64,000 nt of DNA from Schizochytrium sp. TIO01 (lineage: Eukaryota > Protista > Bigyra: Labyrinthulomycetes): the NCBI GenBank assembly GCA_004764695.1, contig SMSO01000036.1, positions 2,232,001 through 2,296,000 on the forward strand, written 5' to 3'. The notes beneath the pieces were generated by a model, which was not told the origin of the DNA, searched no databases, and worked only from the letters and a program-made list of their open reading frames with translations. Positions 1-11,004 of the stretch are shown in pieces. The position numbers and the translations under genes are program-made. Position 1 is the stretch's first letter. Each line of letters begins with the position of its first letter.

Positions 1-1218
1 GACAACGACACGGAGGGATTCTTCCTTGCTGTCTTGGAAAAGGTCAAGTCTTGGGATTCTAAAACTGCGGCTAAAAAGAGTGCCGAAGACAGCAAAGACC
101 TGCTTGCAAAGGTTGGCTTTAACGCACGTGTCAATTCCGATGTCAAGCTACGCCGCATCAATTTTGACGAAGATCCCCCTTCGGTGCTTTACCAAGCATT
201 AGAAGCCCAAGTTGGTCTATCGGAAGATTGTGATGGCGTTATCCGCTTCCGCAACCTTCGCTATCCGAACCAAGAAGGTGACTTGCACTATGCAGCCGCC
301 CTCCTCAGCAAGGAGGCAAACACGCTTATCGAGAAACCCTGGCTCCGCTCGGGAGCTGTGCCGCTTCTTCGAGCTGGTGCTGAGATTGCCATTACGCAGA
401 CAAAGGACTCGCCTGAAATTCTTTTCCGTACGATTCCCCAGGCTGGAACAGCTCTCGCGGAGGCACTCATTGACAACACCCAGGAGCCCATTCATGACAT
501 TGCAGAATTGCAGGACAAGGATGCGCTTGGTATGTGCATTATGCCTGGCGACATGCTTTCTCTGTTGCAGATTGTTATGGGAGCTGTGAATGCTAATGCT
601 GAGGCCGATCAGATGAGTGATGAAGAGGATGACGATGATCGCCCATCCAGAAGGAAGAAGAAGAAGAATGCCAGCCCTGTCCTCGTGGAAATTGGCCAAT
701 GCGTTGCGGTCCTTGATGACGAAGACTACGAGGAAGATGAGCTCGACATGTGCCAGCATCCAGTATCTAACCGTATTGTTGACAGTCCAGTCTATGCTAA
801 CCTTACTTTCGCTGTGAAACCGTTCGAGATTCCTGACGAATCTAAGCCATCAACTACAGAAGACGTGGTAGAGGAGGAGACCGAGGCGCCTAAGCGCCGC
901 ATGTCTAAGGCTGAGCGGAAGCGTCTTAAGAAGCAAGCTAAAGGTGGAGACAAGGGTGCTCAAAGTGCTTCACCCAAGAAGGACCTCACGAAAGAGGAAA
1001 CAAAACTTCCTCCTTTTGATATGTTTGCGGATACTCCAGCAGCTCCTTTCGAATTTGTCTTGCAGTTCCGCAAGGTCTCTCCAAGCCACCTGGAGGTCAT
1101 CACCGACTATTCTCGCGTTATGAGCTATGGTCTCACTCTCCAACACCACCTTCAACATTTTGGAGGTGACGAGGATGACGAAGAGGAAGTTGACGAAGAG
1201 GAAGGCGATTTCGAGTAG
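1..1218 (+). CDS. NSUN2/Trm4-like RNA cytosine-5 methyltransferase (RsmB/NOP2 family), C-terminal part, 5'-truncated by window
   Basis: Frame 1 is open from base 1 and reads DNDTEGFFLAVLEKV, matching the end-of-catalytic-domain motif (D/N)TGGFF(V/I)AVL(E/V)K of NSUN2/Trm4. Basic NLS-like runs (RRKKKK, RKRLKKQ) and acidic tail follow; TAG at 1216-1218. The TTG start at 34 is an artefact. Confidence 0.7.
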   Translation, partial: DNDTEGFFLAVLEKVKSWDSKTAAKKSAEDSKDLLAKVGFNARVNSDVKLRRINFDEDPPSVLYQALEAQVGLSEDCDGVIRFRNLRYPNQEGDLHYAAALLSKEANTLIEKPWLRSGAVPLLRAGAEIAITQTKDSPEILFRTIPQAGTALAEALIDNTQEPIHDIAELQDKDALGMCIMPGDMLSLLQIVMGAVNANAEADQMSDEEDDDDRPSRRKKKKNASPVLVEIGQCVAVLDDEDYEEDELDMCQHPVSNRIVDSPVYANLTFAVKPFEIPDESKPSTTEDVVEEETEAPKRRMSKAERKRLKKQAKGGDKGAQSASPKKDLTKEETKLPPFDMFADTPAAPFEFVLQFRKVSPSHLEVITDYSRVMSYGLTLQHHLQHFGGDEDDEEEVDEEEGDFE

Positions 1219-1818
1219 GCACAACATAGCTTTCCTACCCAATAGACTAAAGTATTCTTTGATTGATTTTGTTATCCACTAACTATATTTCCAAGAGTTG
1301 CATAACTTGAATAGCTATATTATCTTAATTTTGGGCTTTACGGATACAGATTCCTGTCTAGGGCGACTTCCTTTGTTGCCTAAACGGTTAAGATATTCAC
1401 TGTCCATTGCCCTCGCTGTGTATTTTAATTTATGTGCAGCTGGTCAGTAATCAATGTGGGAGCTATAAACTGCACTACTAATAGAAGGTAATTTTTCTAG
1501 CAGAGGTCTAGCTGAGGCACAAAACTGGTGCTTGTTACATAACCTTGGTGTCCTTGTAATGAGATTGGTTGTAGGCCTTCGCTAGTGCTTAAATTCTTGA
1601 TGTGCTGTTTAGAGCTGTGAACATCATTTGTACAATAGAAAATCTTAAAATAATTATCAAACATGTGAAAGAACCAAACTCTTGGAGTTCCTGGGTTCTT
1701 TGATTTAGCGTAACATAGTCTGTGGATTGGGCAGTTTCTCTGCTCTTAGAACGATGTCTGCAGGAGATTCAAGGTAGGGGGCGCCTGCCGTTTCGGAATG
1801 TAGTATTTTTGCGAGAAC

Positions 1819-2517
1819 TCATGATTTCCGGAACGACGTTCCTGATGGGTTGATGAAGTTGTCCGCATCCAAATTAGATGTACTCCGTCTTGCACTCGGT
1901 GTGATTTCGCGACCTGCGAAAGTGTTGCTGTCCTGCCTCTCAAGCGTGTCTGTAAATCCAAGTAAGGCCATAACACGGTTATATACGCTTGCCCATGAGT
2001 AGGCAGCTGTGTCATCAGGATCCTCTTCAATAATTGTTTGTGCCTCAAGGTCGATCCTTTTAGACTCACGATTATTACTGCTCCGGCGCCTTTGAGTAGC
2101 GTTCGAGAAAGTTTTGTGAACGCTGTTGTAGTCATAATCCACAGCAGCTCCATCAACAGAAATAGGCAGCTGTTTTGCATTTTCCCTCCACTTTACAACA
2201 GTGTCTAGCACAAAAGCTCTAGAAACCTGGTGTCTCTGGCCAGCAATAAGTAACGCCATACGAAGCTGCGCTCGTTCTTGGCGATATGAAAATATTGCTA
2301 CAAGCATGAGCAAGATACTAAGACTTGCGTTACCCATAGCCTCGAAGAGAGTATTGTTTGGAAATATGCCCATGCATAGGTATAGGATCAGTGAGACAAC
2401 TCCGAAAAACGACGAGGCCACAAGACTTGCCCAAGCAACTCTTGTCGTCTCCAGGAACTGCGCGACCCGTTCCACGGTATCAAGTTGCGAAGTTGAAGCA
2501 TCTGGCACTGTCTCCAT
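1819..2517 (-). CDS. Hypothetical membrane protein, 232 aa, two N-terminal TM helices
   Basis: ATG-initiated ORF with two hydrophobic segments (VAWASLVASSFFGVVSLILYLCMGIF; ASLSILLMLVAIFSY) and a Ser/Arg-rich hydrophilic tail. No family recognised. Confidence 0.65.
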   Translation of the reverse strand: METVPDASTSQLDTVERVAQFLETTRVAWASLVASSFFGVVSLILYLCMGIFPNNTLFEAMGNASLSILLMLVAIFSYRQERAQLRMALLIAGQRHQVSRAFVLDTVVKWRENAKQLPISVDGAAVDYDYNSVHKTFSNATQRRRSSNNRESKRIDLEAQTIIEEDPDDTAAYSWASVYNRVMALLGFTDTLERQDSNTFAGREITPSARRSTSNLDADNFINPSGTSFRKS

Positions 2518-4325
2518 GATGCTCTTACCTTTGAATCCTCGTAGCTTGATCCAGTTTTACCTGGATAGCTCGCAGCGCAGCTCAAAGGGTTCAATGCAAT
2601 AGCAGCACTCTTATCTGCCACTATACATAGAAAGCTACCCGCACGTGCAGGAGGTGCCCCTCAATCTTCCCAACAAAGGTCCCAGCTCGGTTGCTACGCC
2701 GAGCCGCTCAACTTTGCCACTCTCAAAGCTTGCAGACAGAGTTTAGCTCCTCCGTCGCAAGGAGCCCACGGGGGGCACCTTTCTGCTGTTAGTTCGGGGT
2801 CTGCACCACGCACAATGCTGTTTGTGGGTGCATCACGACTCTCACGACAATGAACACGGCGTAGTGTACCTCTCAATGATACAAGTTAAAAAGGAAGTGA
2901 AAACAAAGAAAAGGTCAAACTTACCAAGTATCATATTGTGAAGAAAACCCAACGATGCATCTATATGACTGACTACTTTGCGCAGTTACGTACGGGTCCG
3001 ACAACCATCGAGCTGCGCAGGATTCATCCAAAGGTCTGCAGAGCATGACCAACTCCATCCGGCAGGTAAATGAAAGGCCGCCAATTCGATGGCTGCGAAG
3101 TGCGCACGTGAAGCTGTGACCCTAATCAGTTAGTACACATAAAACACTTTGGCATCGTGAAACCAAGGCGTCTCAAGCTCTCGCGAAGCATGCAGCTTCA
3201 AGGGCCACGTTGGTGGCGAGGACTTGGTGGCGATGACAACGACGTGCTGAACCTCGTGCGTGCATGCCACTCAAGCGATGAAAAGAGCCTTCACTTTGGT
3301 GGAGCCACGAGAGGATGGTGAATTTGTGCACCCAGCACGTGAACGTTCGACTCCAACTTGAGGTTCTCGTTGAAGAAGTCGAAGCAAAGCTGCTACCAAC
3401 TCGAGCAAGCTAGAATCTCGGGCGGAAATCTCGCACGTAGGAGCTGGGTGAGCCGCTGCCGACGACGTTGAGTTGCACCATTCATGCTGGCGAGGAGTAA
3501 GCTTTATGATCGGAGAGCGCGGACATGTTGGCATGAGCGGACCTCGAACGTGAACAGACGTACGTGACGCAGGTGCCCGGGTATGCCGGTATTGGAACAT
3601 ATAGGCGAGAAAGGCTCCGGATATCATGCTCATCATGTGTGTCATGGCACTTAGGTAGTAGTGAACGACCAGTTGGTTGTATCATCGTGATTGGCCCAGA
3701 AGTTCAAGTGGGGCCTGGACTGTTTTGAGGTGTTGAGTCACACGAAAACCTTATATTTTACTTAGACAGACAGCATACATGAACGTCTTTCACCTCAAGT
3801 CACCTCCGGACGGAAAGCAGAGATGATAAACGATTGACATATGCATACGAGGGCAGTATATTGGATTATTGATGTGTTTACAGAATATAATTAGGATTTG
3901 ATTGCGAAGAGAGTTGGAGGAGCCTACTGGAACCGAAATATCCACAATAAACTTCTCCTTGGTAGAGATCGTCAGGCCCGCCTCACATTTACTGAACCGT
4001 TTTAGTGATTGAGAGTGTTCCAGAAACGAGCCGTTCGGTAGGTCGTCCGTTATGTAGAGGCGAGCATAGCCATGAGAAGCAGCTTGCTAAAAACTAGAGT
4101 GTATATCAGTGATCCTTATTTGTGTCAGACTCGGTTCTTCTAAAAGTCAACGAGCTCAAACGTTTAAGTTTGACCTGAAGCGCATCCATATTTGAGTCTT
4201 TCAAAATTGGATGAATATTTCAAAAGCATGCAGGGGCAGTTGTGTGCGCCTATGGCCGATTTGAGCGGCAAATAACTGCACGAAGAAGATTTGGGGACAA
4301 TTTGGAGGTAAGGGTAAGCAAAGAC

Positions 4326-5279
4326 TTACTTGCCACGGTTTAGAGCAGCAAAGAAGGACTGCAGTGCTGACGGTTGATTATCCTTCTTGCCCTTCGCCCC
4401 AATCTGAGCTCCTGGTGCGGTCTTACCAGGAGCAGTTGTTGCAGCAGAAAAGTTCGCTAGGGAGCGAGATTGCTTTTCATGAGCGAGGCGGTCCAGCAGA
4501 CTCATCTTTGACTGGGACTGTGCGGCTACAGATGCCTTAGAGGCAGCTAGCACGCCAAGTGCTTTGGCAGCGACAACCTGCACATGTGAAGATGCCTTAG
4601 ACTTACTCTTTGTGGACTTGCCTTTCAATCGCTCAGCCTTGTTGAGAGGTGGGGTTTGTTGTTTAGGTTTTTGACCAGATTTTTTGTGGTGAACAAAGCG
4701 TCGTGTACGCAGTGTTGGGTCTACGGTCTCTTCGCGAATAACCTTCTTTTGATCACGCGTTGGGCCCTTGCCGATTACGGTTGAAGCACCACATGCGTGG
4801 CAGTGTGCAACAAGAAAAGTTCGACCTGAGGATGCACGTCTGCATTTACGAGGGTGCCTCTGCTCCTCTGTGCGAACTGAGCATGTTTCACCAGGCACAA
4901 TCAAGCTCCAGCACCCTTTGCATGCTCTTGTTTGCTGGTTTGCGCTTGCTTCGTCCTGGCTAATGTTTCCTCGAGACCTTTTCTTTGTAGGGGGTGCCAT
5001 GTTGTCTACCCGATGGTGTTCATGGAAAAATTCGAGAGGATTGGTGGACATGCGAACTGCAGCGGCTCCCATTACCATGAAGGCTGCTGCTCGTGCAGAC
5101 GGCCTCCACTCGGACTGTGCAACCTCTTGGTCCACACGATCGCCTTTCGCATTGGTTTTCGTTTCATCGCGAGCCCAGGTTTGTTTCTTTACGACTGGTT
5201 TCTTTTGAGGAGCCTCGAAAAGGTTGCCCCATGCCTCGAGAGCGATTTCCTTCTGCACTCGTCGCGCCGAGGCCTTCAT
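4326..5279 (-). CDS. RNase P/MRP subunit Rpp21/Rpr2/Snm1-like zinc-ribbon protein with basic C-terminal extension
   Basis: RACKGCWSLIVPGETCSVR...LVAHCHACG matches the Rpr2/Rpp21 CxxC-x-L-x-PG-x-T...CxxC pattern; very Lys/Arg-rich. First ATG at 5279 (ORF track used GTG at 5285). Confidence 0.7.
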   Translation of the reverse strand: MKASARRVQKEIALEAWGNLFEAPQKKPVVKKQTWARDETKTNAKGDRVDQEVAQSEWRPSARAAAFMVMGAAAVRMSTNPLEFFHEHHRVDNMAPPTKKRSRGNISQDEASANQQTRACKGCWSLIVPGETCSVRTEEQRHPRKCRRASSGRTFLVAHCHACGASTVIGKGPTRDQKKVIREETVDPTLRTRRFVHHKKSGQKPKQQTPPLNKAERLKGKSTKSKSKASSHVQVVAAKALGVLAASKASVAAQSQSKMSLLDRLAHEKQSRSLANFSAATTAPGKTAPGAQIGAKGKKDNQPSALQSFFAALNRGK

Positions 5280-5339
5280 TCTCACAGCAAGACCAGCGTC
5301 ACCAAATAAAGGGTTCTGGCGTCAGCCATGCCCTTCGCT

Positions 5340-5539
5340 TATAACCTACTTGCCCCTCCATACCCCACTTATACAGCCTATTCTTTGCTTAAAGTCTATA
5401 GAGGTATAGCTCTATACGCCTATTTGTGGACTGTATGTTCTACTTTTGCAATGGCGCAAAGTTGACTTTTGGGGTATAGCTCATCATATTGTAAACATTT
5501 GAAACATTCCACAGTGGGAGTATTAGTATAACCTACTTG
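5340..5539. promoter_or_regulatory. Bidirectional promoter between the Rpp21-like and Cys-rich genes
   Basis: ~420 bp between divergent ATGs; 13-bp direct repeat TATAACCTACTTG at 5340-5352 and 5527-5539; TGGGGTATAG at 5470-5479; CTATAG-rich. Confidence 0.45.
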
Positions 5540-5702
5540 TGCGGAGCTTTAAGTCATAGTAATAGACAGTCGGAGAAAGAATAGATCGTTTTATAATTAA
5601 ATTAATTAAAATAAATATAAAAAAAGATAAAAAAAGAAGTTGAAGCAAAGACAACAATCAAAACCCAACGTCGGTGAGGCCCACGCGGCAAAGCCGAGTA
5701 CG

Positions 5703-7247
5703 ATGAGCGACGCAGAAGACCTTGGAGATGAAGCCTATGAACGTGAGAGAGTCTTGAAAGCGCTTGAGGGCTTAGCAGAGACACTGCAGCTCGCGGCTTC
5801 TGGCAAGGCAAACCCATTCGAGGGCGTTGATACGACAAAGAAGAACCTCGCGGAGTCAAAAATTGCGGCCAAGAGTGCTGCAAATGACGAGGAGATCGAA
5901 GCCCAACGCCATGCCTGGAGTGCAGCTCAACCTAAGCATATCTATAGTGAGGATAAAGACCCTCGAGGCCCAATTTGTGAACAGAAGCTCACCCAGACTC
6001 GACGGCTCGTGGCGCTGCCGAATATGACGACTTTGAGCTCTCCGATCGCTATGAATATGCAAATGTGCGGGTTAAAGGCGACATGCTGCAGCGTGAAGGA
6101 GTTTAATTCTATCGTAGGCCAAACAGAGAAACTTGATTTCTGGGTCGATAGTCTCATGGCGTTAGGACGTCGCTTCGAAACCTACCCGACGGATGTTATG
6201 TCAATGATGCTAAGTGCACTATCTGAAGAGGCGTTCACCACAACGCTTGATGCTGGACTAGTATATAAAACCATCAGCTCTCCTCTGTGGCACTTGATCA
6301 GTGATATTAGTAATCGCAATCTGGCAATTCATACGGCACATCTGGTGACGGAATTGGCAGGATATTTCGAGGCCTTGCTTTGCTCAAGCTGCGATCCTGC
6401 GCAGAAACTCTACGTGCAACCCAATTCTACTGCATCAAGAACGACATCAGGGCCATCGAGTAGTTCTCCTGAGTCTTCTTCTGTCGAGCTGGTGGATAAG
6501 GAAGGTTTTGTATTGACTATTGACAATGAGATGTGTTTTACGATGGGTAGCCAACTTGTTGATGTGATGGAGCGCCTTCGCTTTGCCTTGCTAGACTATC
6601 GCAACGTAGACGCTATGCAAAACATGACCTTGGCATTGTGCGATACTGCTGAACAGCCTCTCCATCCAGGTAAATTTCCAAGAAAGGGCAAGTTTGGGTG
6701 CTTGCAAATGAAGAAAGACTTTGACTCCTTGTGCGCCCTCGCAGAGTCTTACCATGGCCCGTTTGTAGGTGTTTTGGGGTGTAACTCCGCGGCTTCGTGT
6801 GGTAAACTTATTTGTGAGGATACTCTCCAAGGGATGGCTTTCTCGTATGAGAAACTAGCTAACAATATTCGTCACGAACTAGAGGAGCATTGTGCCGTGC
6901 CAAAGTGCAACCCTTATTCTCTTCAGGACTATGTGGATTACTTTCTTCCTAGCGATGCAAAGCTAGAGAAGATGGGGTATTTCACAAAGGGGGGTCCTCA
7001 AGTATCGAACCGTATAGCAAAGCATACGAACGAGACGCGACTTGATCTTGTGCGCTTTGGGTGCAGCGGATATCTTTCGCACAGTGGATGCCTACGGTTC
7101 GACGATGTGACCTTCGCTTCAGCACATATTGAGGTCATTGTCATCGCAAGTTCAATTGCAGGCGTGGTTATCATGATCTTCGGTCTTTTATTGTGGCACC
7201 GATGGCGCAACCACTCCTCTACGTGGTCGCACTCCAAGTTAGACTAA
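5703..7247 (+). CDS. Cys-rich protein with a C-terminal TM anchor; weak folate-receptor/NPC1-NTD-like Cys pattern
   Basis: 514 aa from first ATG (5703). CGLKATCCS and EALLCSSCDP motifs; TM helix VIVIASSIAGVVIMIFGLLLW followed by a short basic tail. CDS confident, family tentative. Confidence 0.75.
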   Translation: MSDAEDLGDEAYERERVLKALEGLAETLQLAASGKANPFEGVDTTKKNLAESKIAAKSAANDEEIEAQRHAWSAAQPKHIYSEDKDPRGPICEQKLTQTRRLVALPNMTTLSSPIAMNMQMCGLKATCCSVKEFNSIVGQTEKLDFWVDSLMALGRRFETYPTDVMSMMLSALSEEAFTTTLDAGLVYKTISSPLWHLISDISNRNLAIHTAHLVTELAGYFEALLCSSCDPAQKLYVQPNSTASRTTSGPSSSSPESSSVELVDKEGFVLTIDNEMCFTMGSQLVDVMERLRFALLDYRNVDAMQNMTLALCDTAEQPLHPGKFPRKGKFGCLQMKKDFDSLCALAESYHGPFVGVLGCNSAASCGKLICEDTLQGMAFSYEKLANNIRHELEEHCAVPKCNPYSLQDYVDYFLPSDAKLEKMGYFTKGGPQVSNRIAKHTNETRLDLVRFGCSGYLSHSGCLRFDDVTFASAHIEVIVIASSIAGVVIMIFGLLLWHRWRNHSSTWSHSKLD

Positions 7248-8180
7248 GATTATCACTATGTTTCGGTCTCGCGAGAAGATGATCATCACCACGAAGATTT
7301 CATCGACGCCCAACCTTTAACTACATAATGAGTACTTAGTAGTACTCATGTACTATCCTCGACTGCCTGCAGGACTAAAATATAGTCTCTGCACCGCTGC
7401 ATGCGGCCCTGTCCCATAGCAAACTAGCCATCAGAAGAAAGCCCTCTGGTTGTGGATAAACAAAAGAGGGGCATCATAACACTATCATTCGCACCTATAA
7501 ATAACAAGCTACTATCTAGCTAGGTACTAGGTATGTGTCTTCTATTTCTCCTTCTTTATGATTGTAATAAAACACATAAACTAAGTCGCCCCTCTATATA
7601 ACACCCACCCTTGAAGAAAAATCATACACGACTGTGTAAAGAGATATGTAATCAATCACCGCGCTGTCCCACAGCACTGCGAAAGACTCGCGGAAATGTC
7701 CAGATAAATAAATACTCAGGTCCGCCTTCGATCACGCTCAGAATGAAGCTAGGAGTTCCTTTGGTGAGGCTCGCGCACTCGAAACAAACTATGCGAAAGC
7801 GAGAGGAGCTTTACAGGTGAGCTTAGACACCATGATAAACGCGACGAGTGATGCTACGAGGTACTACGTAAACGACATAATCAATCATCGTCGAGCCCAT
7901 GCCAATTACTTTTCACGGGCGTGGGGCGTGACACGTGAACCTCTGAGAGCTCCGGAGCGCCAGAGAAGAGTCTCTGGGCCAGAGAACTTGGTAGGTTACG
8001 CCACAGGAGCCGTAGCAACGTTTACTTAACTCCAAATCGCAATCAAGCACTCGAATGAATCACAGGCACGTACCTGTTTCTAGGTACGCAGGTGCTTATC
8101 CAATAGTTCATGAATTTACCCATACCTTTATTTATTTACTTACTTACTTACTTTGTTCGTTTGTGTATGTTCGTCTGAGT

Positions 8181-8338
8181 GTTGTTTGTTTGTTTGTTTG
8201 TTTGTTTGTTTGTTTGTTTGTTTGTTTGTTTGTTTGTTTGTTTGTTTGTTTGTTTGTTTGTTTGTTTGTTTGTTTGTTTGTTTGTTTGTTTGTTTGTTTG
8301 TTTGTTTGTTTGTTTGTTTGTTTGTTTGTTTGTTTGTT
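8181..8338. repeat. (TTTG)n microsatellite, ~39 units
   Basis: Near-perfect tandem GTTT array read directly. Confidence 0.98.
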
Positions 8339-9859
8339 CTGCAGCAGCATTAGCGCATTCGCGCACTCGCAATCGAAGCTTTGATTGACTCAGTGCGGCA
8401 CATTTTGCATTCATTTAGTACGCATATCTTAAAGAAAGAAGCGCTGTGCCTGTTTCCTTTCTTTGTCTGACTCAGTTTTCCTCACGATCGGCACTTTCCT
8501 GAGCCGGGAAACCTTGAAAGCTGGAATAATAGTGAGGGCCTTAAAGTACCAATTTCAGTCGGGCAGAACAGTCTTACTTTGAAAAACGTTTTTCTGCGCT
8601 TATAAAAGGAAAGATAAAATCCATCGCCTCGGATTAAAAGTGTTTTTCTTTATTTTCCCTGTTTAATTAAAAAAAGGAAAGAAAAGGACCAGAATAGAAT
8701 AGAAACACCTATTCCTGATACCGAAGGCACCAAGTTTTTTTTTCTTTTCTTTTTCTTTTCAATAAAAATAAAAATAGATCGATCTTTGGCTTTTGATTTT
8801 TAGAAATGAAAATAAACACCTCAGCTTCATCCATGAAAAGAAAGTTTCAACTTCTTGAAAGATGTTGACAAAGATATACAACAGAATGAAAATGCTGCTT
8901 TAAAAGAGAGTTTGTAAAGAACCGATTACAGGATTGCTAGAGTAATGCGTAAGCACCCAGCTACGGGCTACATCATGTGAAGACAGACTGACCGTCATAA
9001 TCATTAAAAAAGGTAAAATCTCAGACCCAGAAAGAGTTCTTCTTATTGGTACAAAGGTTGTTGGTTGGTTCTATCTGTTTGTTTGTTTGTTTGTTTGTCT
9101 CACTTCTGCTCAGTCAGCTCCATTGGAATGAATTCCCTTTTCGAAAATTCGGCGGCTTCACCGTCCGCGAAGCGACCTGCGAAGAAGCTTGCACGAAGTA
9201 TCGTCCCACTTTGCTTTGCGTTCCAATCATGCCAAAAGCAGCGCCAAACTCGAGCCTAAGAGCCTTCAAAAACAAAAACAAAACCACAGAATGCATGAAT
9301 TCTCCACCAAACTGACCTTTTCCCTATCGAAGCAACAGCAGAACAGCAAAAAACTAAAGAGGCTTTCCATTAGCATAAAATACTCTATTTTTAAAATTAA
9401 TATTGTAATTATAATATTAATACTATAAATATAAATATATTACTATAATGTTGTTTTCAAATTGTTAAACAAAAAGAAAAAAAGAAAAAAAAGTGTTTAC
9501 GAGAATCAGAAATCAAGGTAGCAGTCCTCTTAGCGAAAAGCCTAGCGAGGAGCCGCCTCGGGTTGCTGACGGTTCTCTTCGCGTAAGTAGAAAGAGGCGC
9601 ATTTCAAGGTCTGCGAAGTTCATTTCCATTTGCTTCAATCATTCAAAGTCGATTCTTCGGTGGCCGCCATTCGGATCCACGATCCTCGCGAGGACTTTCG
9701 CAGCAGGGCCTCGAGCATCTTTGTGGATCATTGCGATGGAGATGTTCCGCGAAAGAAGCCGGGTCGAGGCCCGATGACATGGCATGGCATGGGACATGAC
9801 ATTCCATGGCGGCCTCAGTTTCGAGCTTAGTGGCGTCAACTTGGCAGAAAAAGAAGAAC

Positions 9860-10770
9860 ATGAAGAAGAAATTCAAAATGCTCGTGGACTTCGCCACGCT
9901 CGAGGCGAAGGAGACGCAGCATCTCGAGGACCAGGACGGCGTGCCTCAATCTTCAAGCTCTAGCTTTTAACTTCTAGTTGACCTCAACTTCGACTTCGAC
10001 TTCGACTTTGACTTCGAGTTCAAGTTCAAGTTCAAATTCAAGTTCAAGTTCAAGTTCACGACGGAGGAGTACGAGGATTTCCTGCGCAAAGGGACAGTCA
10101 GTCACCAATGCATGACTCGAGTCGAAGTCAACTTGAAGTGCTTCTGTTCGCTTTGCTTGGATGCTTCGCTCGCTCGCTCGCTCGCTGGCTGGCTGGCTTG
10201 CTGTGTTTCGCAGTGCGTGGAGTGTGAAGGCACGAATGTCTTCGATGTGGAAGGCTTTCCGGTTCAGACAATACGCGAGCAGTCGGCACTTCACGAATGA
10301 ATTAACTATCCTTCGCGCCGCGCAGCTCTTCTCCATCCTTTCGCCGGAGCACGGCGGTAGCGCTGCGCTGCGCTGCGCTGCGCTGCCCAGCGAGGCTTGG
10401 CTTGGCTGGCTCGGGCTCGAGGAGTTCGAGGAGTTCGAGGAGTTTGAGGAGTTCGACGTCGAGGAGTTCGTGGAGTTCGAAATCTTTGCGAACGCAGGCT
10501 GTACATCAGAAGAAGAAAACACAGGCAGGACTACCTTCTTGCTCTGCGATATCCTCCTTCAACTCGGAGTTCGCGACCGCCGCTTCTCACAGATAGGAGG
10601 TCGATCAATTCGCACTCACAGATTGAGGCCGACTTCCTACTCCCCGTTGTCTTGGAGCTGCTCGCGGATCGGCACAACTCCCTCCTGCTGGCAGCGCACA
10701 GCTTGCTCTCGCTGCCCCGGTCGGCCAGCTGGTTCTCATCCACGGCCGGGTGGAGCACATGACACGTATG
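9860..10770 (+). pseudogene. Putative decayed MCM-family N-terminal (OB-fold/Zn-finger) gene fragment
   Basis: Fragments across frames occur in MCM order: MLVDFATL; KGTVS...CFCSLC; CVECEGTNVFDV...QTIREQ; LPVVLELL; VGQLVLIHGRV. GC3-rich, interrupted by stops and microsatellites. Confidence 0.3.
9983..10057. repeat. Hexamer microsatellite (ACTTCG)n/(AGTTCA)n
   Basis: Read directly. Confidence 0.9.
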
Positions 10771-11004
10771 ATCTATCTATCTATCTGGAGCTATCTTCAC
10801 GACCACTTCAAGATCTCCCTCCTCACGCTCGTGCACCACGCTGGACCTCGAGGAAGGCGATCATGAACGAATGACATACGCGAGTTCGAGCAGCCAAGAA
10901 GGAATGCCATTCGCTCCGGAATTCTAGCATCCGTTCGCGCTCCTGGCGCCAATGCGAAGGCAAAGAGGCCAAGGACTTGCACAAGCAAGCAAGCAAGCAA
11001 GCAA

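Noticed and set aside
2900-3700. Coding-like stretch with 124-aa and 67-aa ORFs
   Set aside because: No recognisable family and frames conflict; may be another relic but cannot be supported.
7328-7349. Inverted repeat ATGAGTACT-tagt-AGTACTCAT as a terminator
   Set aside because: Eukaryotic 3' flank; a single 9-bp stem is plausible by chance.
8055-8414. ORFs with (CLFV)n or (KQTN)n translations
   Set aside because: Products of the (TTTG)n microsatellite, which has no stop codons.
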